Origin: Verrucomicrobiales bacterium
GTDB taxonomy: Bacteria > Verrucomicrobiota > Verrucomicrobiia > Limisphaerales > UBA9464
DNA length: 64,000 nt
Direction: 5' to 3'
Assembly (NCBI GenBank): GCA_027489875.1
Contig: JAIXZE010000083.1
Location: forward strand, 6,740-70,739
This document shows positions 29,608-38,251 of this stretch, piece after piece; the stretch's first letter is position 1; every line of letters starts with the position of its first letter. Both the position numbers and the translations under genes were made by a program. The notes beneath the pieces are model-generated. The model saw only the letters and a list, made by a program, of their open reading frames with translations. It was not told the origin of the DNA and did not search any database.

Positions 29608-30243
29608 TCAGCGATACGCTGCATCGTCCAACCCCTGCTTCTTGATTTCGGCAAGGTCCTCCCAGACGATGGCGCTGGTGCGCGCATCAATGAGTTGAAA
29701 TGTGTACAGCACGTAATCGCTGACGCCCCTCGCACTCTTCGTAGTTGAACCATCGAGCTTTCCTGTAAGGAAGAAGTCTGCCCCCTGGAATTCGACCACA
29801 TTGGCATCACTCCCGGAGGTGACCTGACCGGACTGCTTCAGCTGCTGCTCTTTCTCCAAAGCAGCCATCCGTTCCCTGGCGAGGAACATCACCTTGCCGC
29901 GGGTCTGAGAATTGAGCCGGGCACGAATGCGGGTAAGAAGCACATCCTTGTTGATGGCGAAGCGGGTGTTGTTCTCGATTGGCAGGAGCACCACCCTCGG
30001 TTGTCCTTGTGCCCGTTGGATCTGTGGAACCTCCAGAATGCTCCTAGCCATCTTGTCGGTGACTGTGACGATGTCCTGAGATTCGACACCGGTACCTGCG
30101 ACAAACCCTTGCTCATCTGCCTTGAGCACTGTCACGCCATTCCCGGAGGGATTCCGGACTCCGGACGAGGCGCAGCCAGCGAGGACAGCAGCCAGGGCAA
30201 TCGACGTGAGCTGTTGAAGTGAGAAGACGGAGGATCGATACAT
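29608..30243 (-). CDS. LpoB-like (penicillin-binding protein activator family) lipoprotein
   Basis: Start set to ATG 30243. Lipobox LAGCASS; GVESQDIVTVTDKMARSIL...VLLPIENNT...ADFFLTGKL...YTFQLIDARTSAIVWE matches the LpoB/COG3417 pattern. Confidence 0.75.
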   Translation of the reverse strand: MYRSSVFSLQQLTSIALAAVLAGCASSGVRNPSGNGVTVLKADEQGFVAGTGVESQDIVTVTDKMARSILEVPQIQRAQGQPRVVLLPIENNTRFAINKDVLLTRIRARLNSQTRGKVMFLARERMAALEKEQQLKQSGQVTSGSDANVVEFQGADFFLTGKLDGSTTKSARGVSDYVLYTFQLIDARTSAIVWEDLAEIKKQGLDDAAYR

Positions 30244-30612
30244 ACTTGGAGTCAAGTTGGTGAGGGAAGTCGATAGGGTCAATGCTGCACCCGCTGGGAC
30301 AGAAATGTCGAAATGGGGTCCATTGACTGAGATGGAGAGGCTTCGAAGCCGTGATTCTGGTCGGAAAAAGTGCCGAAATACCGAACAAGCACTATTTCGT
30401 TGAGAGTCAAGGCGGTGATCCATACCGGCCACGGACTAACTCGCATGATGGAGCTACGACGGTCGTACTGTGATAGTATTCACAGCCGCTGAGGCTGCTT
30501 TGTTGCAGCAACTTTGGTCGCATAGCTGGATCGTGACGCCAAATATTCAAAGTCTGAGACTGATGTCGAGGCTTGTCTAATGCCTGACAAATAGTCCTTA
30601 TTGGGCCGGGTC

Positions 30613-31038
30613 ATGAAAAACGACAAATTGAAACAGTTCGTCTCGCTCCGCGAGCAATTGCTGCGCGACAAGGCGGATCTTGAGGCGCGCTTGAGTGAAA
30701 TCAACAAGGCACTAGGGGCGGTTACCGGAGCGGCAGCGGCACCAGTTGTTGCTTCTGCGCCAGTAGCCAAGCGAGGTCGCAAGCCGTCGGCTGTGAAGGT
30801 TGCGACGGCACCCGCTGCGAAGCCAGCAGGCCGCAAGCGCGCCCAGAATTCGGTATCGTTGCGCGAGGCTGTGCTCAATGCCACCAAGGCAAAGCCACTT
30901 TCCCGTCAGGAGATCCTCGCCTCTGTCCAATCTGCAGGCTACGTGTTCACGGCGAAGGATCCATTGAATTCCCTAAGCACGCTGCTTTACACGGACAAGG
31001 GAATCAAAAACCACGGCGGCAAGTTCGGTCCCGCCTGA
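30613..31038 (+). CDS. small DNA-binding-like protein: coiled coil + AT-hook-like KRGRKP/GRKRA + winged-helix (HARE-HTH-like) C-terminus
   Basis: ATG at 30613 (ORF-track start 30601 is TTG). Domain layout read from the translation; followed by a terminator. Confidence 0.6.
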   Translation: MKNDKLKQFVSLREQLLRDKADLEARLSEINKALGAVTGAAAAPVVASAPVAKRGRKPSAVKVATAPAAKPAGRKRAQNSVSLREAVLNATKAKPLSRQEILASVQSAGYVFTAKDPLNSLSTLLYTDKGIKNHGGKFGPA

Positions 31039-31063
31039 CAATCCCTTCCAAGGTGTTCTTATG

Positions 31064-31094
31064 AAGTCCGCCTTCGGGCGGGCTTCTCTTTTTG
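31064..31094 (+). terminator. intrinsic terminator
   Basis: aagtccgcc / ttcg loop / ggcgggctt (9 bp, one G-U), followed by ctctttttg. Confidence 0.6.
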
Positions 31095-31112
31095 CCGGTT
31101 GCTCTCGAAACC

Positions 31113-31889
31113 ATGCTCGCGCGACGAATCATACCCTGTCTAGATGTCCACGATGGGCATGTCACTCGTGGTGTGCAATTCGGTCGTGCCGAGGAAGGTG
31201 GCCTGAAGACTGTGGGTGACCCTGTTGAGCTTGCGTTGCGATACAATGAGCAGGGTGCGGATGAAATGGTTTTCTTTGACATTACGGCAACGGCCCAAGG
31301 CCGATCCTCGATGGTCTCCGTGATCGAGAGGGCTGCTGACAAATGCTTCATGCCCCTCACTGTCGGAGGAGGGATCCGCACCGTGGAGGACATGAGCGTT
31401 ATGCTGAAGGCTGGGGCTGACAAGGTAAGCATCAATTCTTCGGCGTTGGCCAATCCTGACCTGATTCGAGCGGGAGCTGAAAAGTTTGGAAGTCAGTGCA
31501 TCGTCGTCTCGATTGACTGCAAACGAAGCCAATCAGGGACTTGGGAAGTCTTTTCTGCTGGCGGGCGAAAGCCGACTGGACTCGGTGCCGTTGAGTGGGC
31601 TCAACAGGCGGTTGGGCTCGGGGCTGGTGAGGTGGTTTTGAATTCTATTGATGCTGATGGGACGAAGTCTGGATTTGACGTTGTGATTACCCGTTTGGTG
31701 AGTGCTTCGGTCAGCGTCCCTGTTGTTGCGAGTGGGGGAGCAGGGGCGCTGGAGCATTTCGCGGATGTCCTTGAGGTTGGGCAAGCCGATGCAGTGCTGG
31801 CCGCGAGTCTCTTTCACTATGGCACCTTCACGGTGGGACAGGTGAAATCTTATCTGGCTTCGCGCGGCATTCCTGTGCGAACCGTCTGA
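31113..31889 (+). CDS. hisF: imidazole glycerol phosphate synthase cyclase subunit
   Basis: [12 protein letters not shown]...ADE.VFFDITA...TVGGGIR...KVSINS...VVASGGAG motifs. ATG at 31113. Confidence 0.95.
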   Translation: MLARRIIPCLDVHDGHVTRGVQFGRAEEGGLKTVGDPVELALRYNEQGADEMVFFDITATAQGRSSMVSVIERAADKCFMPLTVGGGIRTVEDMSVMLKAGADKVSINSSALANPDLIRAGAEKFGSQCIVVSIDCKRSQSGTWEVFSAGGRKPTGLGAVEWAQQAVGLGAGEVVLNSIDADGTKSGFDVVITRLVSASVSVPVVASGGAGALEHFADVLEVGQADAVLAASLFHYGTFTVGQVKSYLASRGIPVRTV

Positions 31890-31906
31890 ATCCAGCGGCA
31901 TTGGCT

Positions 31907-32260
31907 ATGTCGAGAAGTTGGTGGCTTCCCATCCTGTTGCTCTTCGTTAGCAACATCTTTATGACGTATGCTTGGTATGGGCATCTGAAACGGAAAGATG
32001 TCGCACTTTGGCAGACCATCCTTGTCTGCTGGGGAATCGCATTCTTCGAGTACTGTCTCATGGTACCGGCGAATCGATTGGGCAGCCAGCTTTACGAGCC
32101 CTATCAGCTGAAGATCATGCAGGAAGTCATCACGTTGATCGTCTTCATGGGCTTTGCGGTGATTTGTTTTGGCACCAAGCCGCAGTGGAACCATTTTGCA
32201 GCCTTCGCGTGCATTATTGCCGCGGTACTTTTTACCGTCCTTCCAGGGCGGAAAACCTGA
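31907..32260 (+). CDS. DMT-superfamily small membrane protein (DUF486)
   Basis: [24 protein letters not shown]...[12 protein letters not shown]...[10 protein letters not shown] is typical of DUF486. Confidence 0.8.
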   Translation: MSRSWWLPILLLFVSNIFMTYAWYGHLKRKDVALWQTILVCWGIAFFEYCLMVPANRLGSQLYEPYQLKIMQEVITLIVFMGFAVICFGTKPQWNHFAAFACIIAAVLFTVLPGRKT

Positions 32261-32282
32261 TCGTGATGCATGGGAGTATCGA

Positions 32283-32672
32283 ATGAATTTCTGGGACAAT
32301 CTTAAATGGACTGAGGACGGCCTGATTCCAGCAATCATCCAGGACGCGCACACAGGGCGCGTGTTGATGATGGCCTGGATGAACCGTGCGTCCCTCGAGA
32401 AGACGCTGGAAACCCGCAAGACATGGTTCTGGAGCCGATCCCGCAAGAAGTTCTGGATGAAGGGCGAATCGAGCGGCCACACCCAGAGCGTCCGGGACGT
32501 TGCCTTTGATTGTGACGGGGACGTCCTGCTCATTCAGGTCGAGCAAGTGGGAGCTGCCTGTCACGAAGGCTTTCGTTCCTGCTTCTTTCGGTCCTTGGAA
32601 GTTGCTGGCGGCACGTTTCATCAGACCGAGGGGCGTTTGGAGACACCTGAGGCGATCTACGGCAGAAAGTAA
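32283..32672 (+). CDS. hisI: phosphoribosyl-AMP cyclohydrolase
   Basis: GLIPAIIQD...MMAWMN...T...WFWSRSR...WMKGESSGH...DCDGD.LLIQVEQ.G.ACH.G motifs. ATG at 32283. Confidence 0.9.
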   Translation: MNFWDNLKWTEDGLIPAIIQDAHTGRVLMMAWMNRASLEKTLETRKTWFWSRSRKKFWMKGESSGHTQSVRDVAFDCDGDVLLIQVEQVGAACHEGFRSCFFRSLEVAGGTFHQTEGRLETPEAIYGRK

Positions 32673-32678
32673 CCCGAT

Positions 32679-33209
32679 ATGTTCCAACTGCCGGGAGTTG
32701 ACGAGTGGGCGTCGCCCGGAAGTTTGATTTGGTGGTGTGACTGTATTGCGATCGCCGTCGGGCGCGGTGCGGACATGGCATCCACTTGGATTGCGACCCC
32801 TCGACTGGAATTGGAGGGAAACCCGATTGCCCGATGGCTCGGCTGGCGGCGGGGTGTGTGGCTCAACATCCTGCTGCTCCCTGTCGTTGCATGTTGGCCG
32901 ATGCTGGCTGTTTCGCTTTCAACGACAAGTTGCTTGGTTGCATCGCGCAATTTGCAACAGGCGTGGCTGATGCGGTCCATGGGCGAGTCCAGGTACCGTT
33001 GCTGGATGGCTGGACGCATGATGGATTCGAGACGAGTCGTTGTGCTGGCCTGCTATCTTGGGGAAGCAATGCTGGTTGGAGGGGTGGGAGGGGTCCTTAT
33101 GCTCGTTGGGCCCATGAATGTGGTGAGCTTTGGCATTGGTCTCGGTCTTGCGGCGTACGGTTTCGTTATTGCGACCTTCACGTCCTGGTCGATCTTGCGT
33201 TGTCGCTAA
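32679..33209 (+). CDS. hypothetical multi-pass membrane protein (DUF5658-like E-G-NP motif)
   Basis: Four hydrophobic segments and an ELEGNPIARWLG motif. Tight spacing with hisI. Confidence 0.5.
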   Translation: MFQLPGVDEWASPGSLIWWCDCIAIAVGRGADMASTWIATPRLELEGNPIARWLGWRRGVWLNILLLPVVACWPMLAVSLSTTSCLVASRNLQQAWLMRSMGESRYRCWMAGRMMDSRRVVVLACYLGEAMLVGGVGGVLMLVGPMNVVSFGIGLGLAAYGFVIATFTSWSILRCR

Positions 33210-33269
33210 TCCGTTTCGGGAGGTTTCTGATCAAGTGAAGATGGCATCCTCGGAATTGCGTCGACGGCC

Positions 33270-34820
33270 ATGATCCGTAGTGTCTACGGCCGAATGTATC
33301 AGCCGAGTAGAGAAGAGTTCCTGAAGTTGACGACGCAGGGGAATACGATTCCGGTCACGCGGCGTTTGCTCGCCGATCTTGAAACTCCGCTTTCCGCCTA
33401 CAGGAAGTTGCGGGGAGAAGGGGAATCCTTCCTGTTTGAGTCGGTAGAAGGAGGAGAGCATTTGGGGAGGTACTCTTTCGTAGGATGCAATCCACGGGCT
33501 GTCATTCGCCAGACAGGCAGCCGGGTAGAGGTCCGACAGGAGGGAGTGATCGTTGAGCGGATCCAGATTGGGAACGGATCGAGCGACGGAAACGATCGAT
33601 CCGCCCGGGATGGTCTCGAGGTGTTGGAGTCGGTGATGAAGCGTTTCACTCCTGTGCCGGTTCCTGGGCTTCCTCGATTCACTGGTGGCGCTGTGGGATT
33701 CCTTGCCTACGAAGTGATCCATGATCTGGAACCCGTTGTGCCACGGCCAGCCAAGGATGAACTCGGCACTCCAGTGATGTATTTCTTGGTTGTGGATCAG
33801 TTGGTCGTCTTTGATCGAGTTGCCCAGACGATGACGATCGTCGTGAACGCCGTTGTCGAGCCAGGCGTTGAGCCGCAGGATTATTATGACGATGCGATTG
33901 GGGAAATTGAACGAATCGTGGAACTGTTGCGACAACCGAGTCTTTATCAGCCTGTTGATCTGCCTGACGAGCCGCGTCCGATGCCATTCCTGTCGAACAC
34001 CACAGAGGAACGCTTTTTTGGCAATGTTCGTCGTGCCAAGGAGTTCATCAGGGGGGGAGACATCATCCAGGTCGTCGGATCCCAGAGGTTCAGTGCCAAA
34101 GTGAGCTCTAGCCCGGTTGATGTTTACCGGGCCGTTCGTTCGATCAATCCATCCCCCTATATGTTCTTGCTGGAGTTGGAGGGGTTCGCACTGGTCGGAG
34201 CATCGCCGGAGTTGCACGTCCGCTGCGTTGAGGAACAGGTTGAGATCCGGCCAATTGCGGGAACACGCAAGCGAGGTGCCAATCCGGAAGAGGACGACCG
34301 CTTGGAGAAGGAGTTGCTCGAGGATCCCAAGGAGCGGGCAGAGCACGTCATGCTCGTAGATCTGGCGAGAAACGATATCGGCCGGGTTTGCGAGTATGGA
34401 TCCGTGAAGGTCAGGGAAATGATGGTCGTTGAGCGATACTCCCATGTGATGCACATCGTTTCAGAGGTGACGGGCAAGCTCCGGGCCGGGTGCAACTCAT
34501 TCGATCTGATGCGGACCACATTTCCAGCAGGAACACTCAGCGGCGCACCGAAGATCCGGGCGATGCAGATCATTTCCGAGTTGGAGGGAACTACCCGTGG
34601 TCCGTATGGAGGTTGTGTTGGGTACTTTGCGTTCAATGGAAATTCAGATCACTGCATCACGATCCGAACAGCATTGGTAAAGGACGGGACTGCTTATATC
34701 CAAGCGGGAGGTGGGTGGGTGAATGATTCGAGCCCAGAGGCTGAGTTCGAGGAAACAATCAACAAGTCCAAGGCAATGAGGAAGGCTGTTGCCTTTGCGG
34801 AGGGCTTCCCGCGCGAATAG
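33270..34820 (+). CDS. trpE: anthranilate synthase component I
   Basis: LESVEGG...GRYSF.G; GDI.QVV.SQRF; NPSPYMF; LVGASPE; RGPYGG.VGY motifs. Confidence 0.95.
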   Translation: MIRSVYGRMYQPSREEFLKLTTQGNTIPVTRRLLADLETPLSAYRKLRGEGESFLFESVEGGEHLGRYSFVGCNPRAVIRQTGSRVEVRQEGVIVERIQIGNGSSDGNDRSARDGLEVLESVMKRFTPVPVPGLPRFTGGAVGFLAYEVIHDLEPVVPRPAKDELGTPVMYFLVVDQLVVFDRVAQTMTIVVNAVVEPGVEPQDYYDDAIGEIERIVELLRQPSLYQPVDLPDEPRPMPFLSNTTEERFFGNVRRAKEFIRGGDIIQVVGSQRFSAKVSSSPVDVYRAVRSINPSPYMFLLELEGFALVGASPELHVRCVEEQVEIRPIAGTRKRGANPEEDDRLEKELLEDPKERAEHVMLVDLARNDIGRVCEYGSVKVREMMVVERYSHVMHIVSEVTGKLRAGCNSFDLMRTTFPAGTLSGAPKIRAMQIISELEGTTRGPYGGCVGYFAFNGNSDHCITIRTALVKDGTAYIQAGGGWVNDSSPEAEFEETINKSKAMRKAVAFAEGFPRE

Positions 34821-34854
34821 GGAAGTTGCTGTTGGCAGATCAATCTCCAGATCC

Positions 34855-34893
34855 AAGGTCAGGCGGCAGCCGTGCCCTTGCCTGCCTGACCTT
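34855..34893. terminator. stem-loop in the convergent trpE / CPBP intergenic region (no clear T-tract)
   Basis: aaggtcaggc (34855-34864) pairs perfectly with gcctgacctt (34884-34893), with inner ggca/tgcc pairing. Confidence 0.3.
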
Positions 34894-34919
34894 CAGCGGT
34901 CACACGCCTGCGCTGAATC

Positions 34920-35777
34920 TTAGCGCGGGAATACCTGCTTCATAAGGTCTGAATTGATACCCATCCGCGCCAGGAGGTCCTTTTGCTGCAGGAGAAAGAT
35001 GAGGAAAAATGTCGATGCGTCGAAGAACCCATGGGCTAGTACCGCCTCAGGTATTGATCGACGCAGGATCTGGATCAATCCCAAGCCTAGCCCCAGCAAG
35101 CTTGTCAGAAGGACTCCGAGCCATCCCTGAGTCAGGTGGGCCAAACCGAAGAGGAGTGAGGAAACAAAGACGGCCAAGCATTCAAGTTTACGTTCAGACA
35201 TAAACCCACCTCCCAGGGTGCAAATACCGCGAATGACAGCAGCCCTCCAGAGTTCCTCCCTGAGACCCGCAACAATGAAGCTCAGCCAGGTCATGCACAC
35301 CAATGCGTACACAGGGTTTGCGAGCGCGGTGGGACTGAGCAGGTTTTCAATTTTGGGACGGCTGGCAGCAAATTGGTTCAGGCCATCCTGCGGATTCAAG
35401 AAAATCACGACACCTGCGACAAGCGCCGCCGGTACCATGATGGCCAGACGCAGGACTATGGACCAAGCGGCTCCCAAAGCGAAGGTCAGCAACCAGTTCT
35501 TGGGTAACCGGAGATATAGATCCTCCTGACGTGGTTTCGTCAGGAGGACCCCAAGGGTGAAAGGTACGCCAAAAACGAGAAGGGCGACCAAGGTGTCGGA
35601 CATCAATCCCCCTACCGTGGAGGACAGCGCAGGCTCTTCCGGGCTCGGAGAAGTCCCGCGCCAAGCGGCGGCGAGGATGTATCCCAGCATGAGAACCAAA
35701 AAGACCGCCCACGCACGCCGACGGGGAGGGAGCTGAACGGGCTGGGGCGATGAGTCCAGCGGTGGTGGGCGATCCAT
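34920..35777 (-). CDS. CPBP family intramembrane glutamic endopeptidase (CAAX/Abi-type)
   Basis: EELWRAAV, FGLAHL and HGFFD motifs in a polytopic membrane protein. Confidence 0.85.
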   Translation of the reverse strand: MDRPPPLDSSPQPVQLPPRRRAWAVFLVLMLGYILAAAWRGTSPSPEEPALSSTVGGLMSDTLVALLVFGVPFTLGVLLTKPRQEDLYLRLPKNWLLTFALGAAWSIVLRLAIMVPAALVAGVVIFLNPQDGLNQFAASRPKIENLLSPTALANPVYALVCMTWLSFIVAGLREELWRAAVIRGICTLGGGFMSERKLECLAVFVSSLLFGLAHLTQGWLGVLLTSLLGLGLGLIQILRRSIPEAVLAHGFFDASTFFLIFLLQQKDLLARMGINSDLMKQVFPR

Positions 35778-35780
35778 GAC

Positions 35781-36296
35781 TTATCGTTGTGCTCTGGGTG
35801 AGGCGTCCGCCGCGGTGCGGCAGGCTTGGGCGACGAGGTCCAGTTGTGAAAGGAACACCTCCCGCGCGTCGGGTTCCAACACGATGAGAACTTCCGACTG
35901 CAGCTTCAGAGCGATGGTTCTGCAGGTCTCGAACTGAGCTGCTCCGGATGGCAAGACCCTGATCCGGTACGCACGTCGATCCTTCTCGTGGGGGCGACGT
36001 TCGATCCAGCCTGATTCCTCCATCCGTTCCAAAAGCGATGCAACGGTGTTTGGGTCGGAGGACATAAGGAGGGTCAACTCTCGTTGTGTTAAGCCGGTGG
36101 CGTCTGATTCCAGCAAGGTGCGAAGCGCGGTAAACTGGTCGGGCGTAACCCCGGTGTGGGCAATCCGACGACGGAATGCCTGATTCAGCCCGTACCATGC
36201 CCTGCGCAGGATTGGTGGCAGCCTGCGGCGAGCAGGGGAGTCAACGGAGGCGTCGACAGTGGTAGGGGTATGCATCCCTGATGTTCTTGATTCCAT
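35781..36296 (-). CDS. MarR family transcriptional regulator
   Basis: Winged-HTH pattern: LTPDQFTALRTL...GLTQRELTLLMSSDPNTVASLLERME..GWIERRPHEKDRRA. Confidence 0.9.
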   Translation of the reverse strand: MESRTSGMHTPTTVDASVDSPARRRLPPILRRAWYGLNQAFRRRIAHTGVTPDQFTALRTLLESDATGLTQRELTLLMSSDPNTVASLLERMEESGWIERRPHEKDRRAYRIRVLPSGAAQFETCRTIALKLQSEVLIVLEPDAREVFLSQLDLVAQACRTAADASPRAQR

Positions 36297-36313
36297 CCGT
36301 GGGGATTGGGTTG

Positions 36314-36787
36314 TTAAGGATCATTGGGCGGTTCTATTTCCTCGTCCGCAGGTTCGTTGGCGTTCACCCATTGGATCGTTTTCCAGATCACGTATCCAAA
36401 AGCCCCGAGGACCAGAACTGCCAATCCCAATCCGGAGAAGACTTCACTCCTTCTCCCACTTTGGATGTATCGCATGGGATAGGCGAATGATCCTATCGCG
36501 ATGACCGCGAGAAACAGGGAAAAGACCTTCAAGCGTGATCTGGACTCGGCAGTGTCTTCGCGCTGCGTTCGCCAAAGGGTTCTCCAGAACTGGAGGCCGA
36601 GCATCAGCCCGATCAAGAGCAATGGAATGGCCGCCCAGTGCCATCGCAGGGAAAGTTTCCCGTGGGAGCCTCGTTCAAAAACGGCCAAAGTCGCCAGCAT
36701 CCCTCCAAGCGCCAACCCGGTCGCAACGGACACGACCGTACGAAAGACGGGATCTTCGGCCGCCTCAGTGGTGACTCGCGTTCGCAT
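36314..36787 (-). CDS. hypothetical membrane protein (4 TM)
   Basis: ORF with ATG at 36787 and four hydrophobic helices. 18 nt downstream of purM on the same strand. Confidence 0.55.
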   Translation of the reverse strand: MRTRVTTEAAEDPVFRTVVSVATGLALGGMLATLAVFERGSHGKLSLRWHWAAIPLLLIGLMLGLQFWRTLWRTQREDTAESRSRLKVFSLFLAVIAIGSFAYPMRYIQSGRRSEVFSGLGLAVLVLGAFGYVIWKTIQWVNANEPADEEIEPPNDP

Positions 36788-36805
36788 TGGCTGAGGCTGG
36801 AATCA

Positions 36806-37864
36806 TCAGCAGAGGCGGCAGACGCCAGAGCCCTTGGTTATTCTACCAATTGACCAAGCGCTGAAGCCGGCCTGATGAATCGTCCTTAGGATCTTCTCGG
36901 CTTGATCCGGTGACACAACAACGCACATGCCGATCCCCATGTTGAAGACCTGATGAAGCTCAGTGGTTTCGACGCCGCCACGATCCCGGAGGAGTTGGAA
37001 GAGCGGGGGGACATCCCACGAACCGATTTGGACGAGCGCGTCGAGTTTTGTGGGTAGCACACGCGGGATGTTATCGATGAACCCGCCGCCAGTGATGTGT
37101 GCCAGCGCATGAATTCCCGGCGGGGTCCCGGGCCGGTTGAATTTCCCGAGGATCGATCGGGTAAGCGGACCGTACGACACGTGAACCTTCAGCAACTCAT
37201 CTGCGAGGGTCCCTTCGAGGCCTTGAACCTTGCTGCTGAGCTTCAGCTTGAGCTGGTCGAAGAGGATCTTGCGAGCCAGCGAATAGCCATTTGTGTGAAG
37301 TCCGGAGGAGGCAATCCCGAGGATCAGATCACCGGAACGCACAGACTTCTTGCCGTTGAGCATCCTCGATTTGTCGACGACACCGACAATCGTACCGGAG
37401 ACGTCGTACTCTCCGGGTTGGTAGAAGCCTGGCATTTGCGCGGTTTCCCCACCGATCAGTGCACACCGATTGGCTGCACACCCACGAGCGAAGCCTGAAA
37501 CAATGTCGGCGAAGACCTGCGGTTCCAGCTTCCCGGTGCCGAGATAATCGAGAAAGAACAGTGGTTCTGCGCCAATCACGGCGATGTCGTTGACGCAGTG
37601 GTTGACCAAGTCCTCGCCGATGGTGTCGTGGCGACCGGCCGCGAATGCGATCTTCAACTTGGTTCCCACCCCATCTACGGAACTCACCAGCACGGGGTTG
37701 GGGGTCCGCTTTATGTCCAGCGCGAACAACCCTCCAAATCCACCAACCTTTCCCAACACACCGGGGCGGCGCGTGGAAGCGAGCAATTCTGGCAATGTCG
37801 CCTTGACCTTGTTTCCGAGATCGATGTCGACGCCTGCAGCGGCGTAGGCTTTCTGCTTACTCAT
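36806..37864 (-). CDS. purM: phosphoribosylformylglycinamidine cyclo-ligase (AIR synthetase)
   Basis: YAAAGVDID.GN...GGFGGLF...VDGVGTK...DLVNHCVNDI...DYL motifs. Start set to ATG 37864 (MSKQKAY). Confidence 0.95.
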   Translation of the reverse strand: MSKQKAYAAAGVDIDLGNKVKATLPELLASTRRPGVLGKVGGFGGLFALDIKRTPNPVLVSSVDGVGTKLKIAFAAGRHDTIGEDLVNHCVNDIAVIGAEPLFFLDYLGTGKLEPQVFADIVSGFARGCAANRCALIGGETAQMPGFYQPGEYDVSGTIVGVVDKSRMLNGKKSVRSGDLILGIASSGLHTNGYSLARKILFDQLKLKLSSKVQGLEGTLADELLKVHVSYGPLTRSILGKFNRPGTPPGIHALAHITGGGFIDNIPRVLPTKLDALVQIGSWDVPPLFQLLRDRGGVETTELHQVFNMGIGMCVVVSPDQAEKILRTIHQAGFSAWSIGRITKGSGVCRLC

Positions 37865-38251
37865 TCCGGCGTGCAGGTTTGGGGAAGATGGCGGCGGTGT
37901 CGAGTCGCGAGGAGGCCCTTTGGGCAACGGATTGGAACTTTCGGGACCGATTCGTTTTGATTCGATGAGCCGCATTTTTTCGACATTCTTCGATTTCAGT
38001 TTTCTACAACGATTTAAAATTGCTTTAGGCTCTTCTTCGAAACTACTACCCCGCACCGTCGAATCTTGGCTTTTCCAGAGATTAGACCTTCATGACTTCG
38101 TAGTCCCAAATCTCAATTTGTAGAGGCTCGTACCATCCTGGATGGTGATTGGGTTTAGGGGGCAAGCATCAAAAGGCACCGAGGCTCTCGCTGCGCATTC
38201 TGCGAGGTGCTTCCGTCCTGCTTTCCAAGGCCCTGGACTTTTCGAGGTCCA

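Noticed and set aside
37865-38251. ZTP or purine riboswitch in the long purM leader.
   Set aside because: None of the conserved cores (GGGUCGUG...CCGCCUGGGC for ZTP; the UAUA...CCGGGCACCGUAAAUGUCC-type three-way junction for purine) is present on the minus strand.
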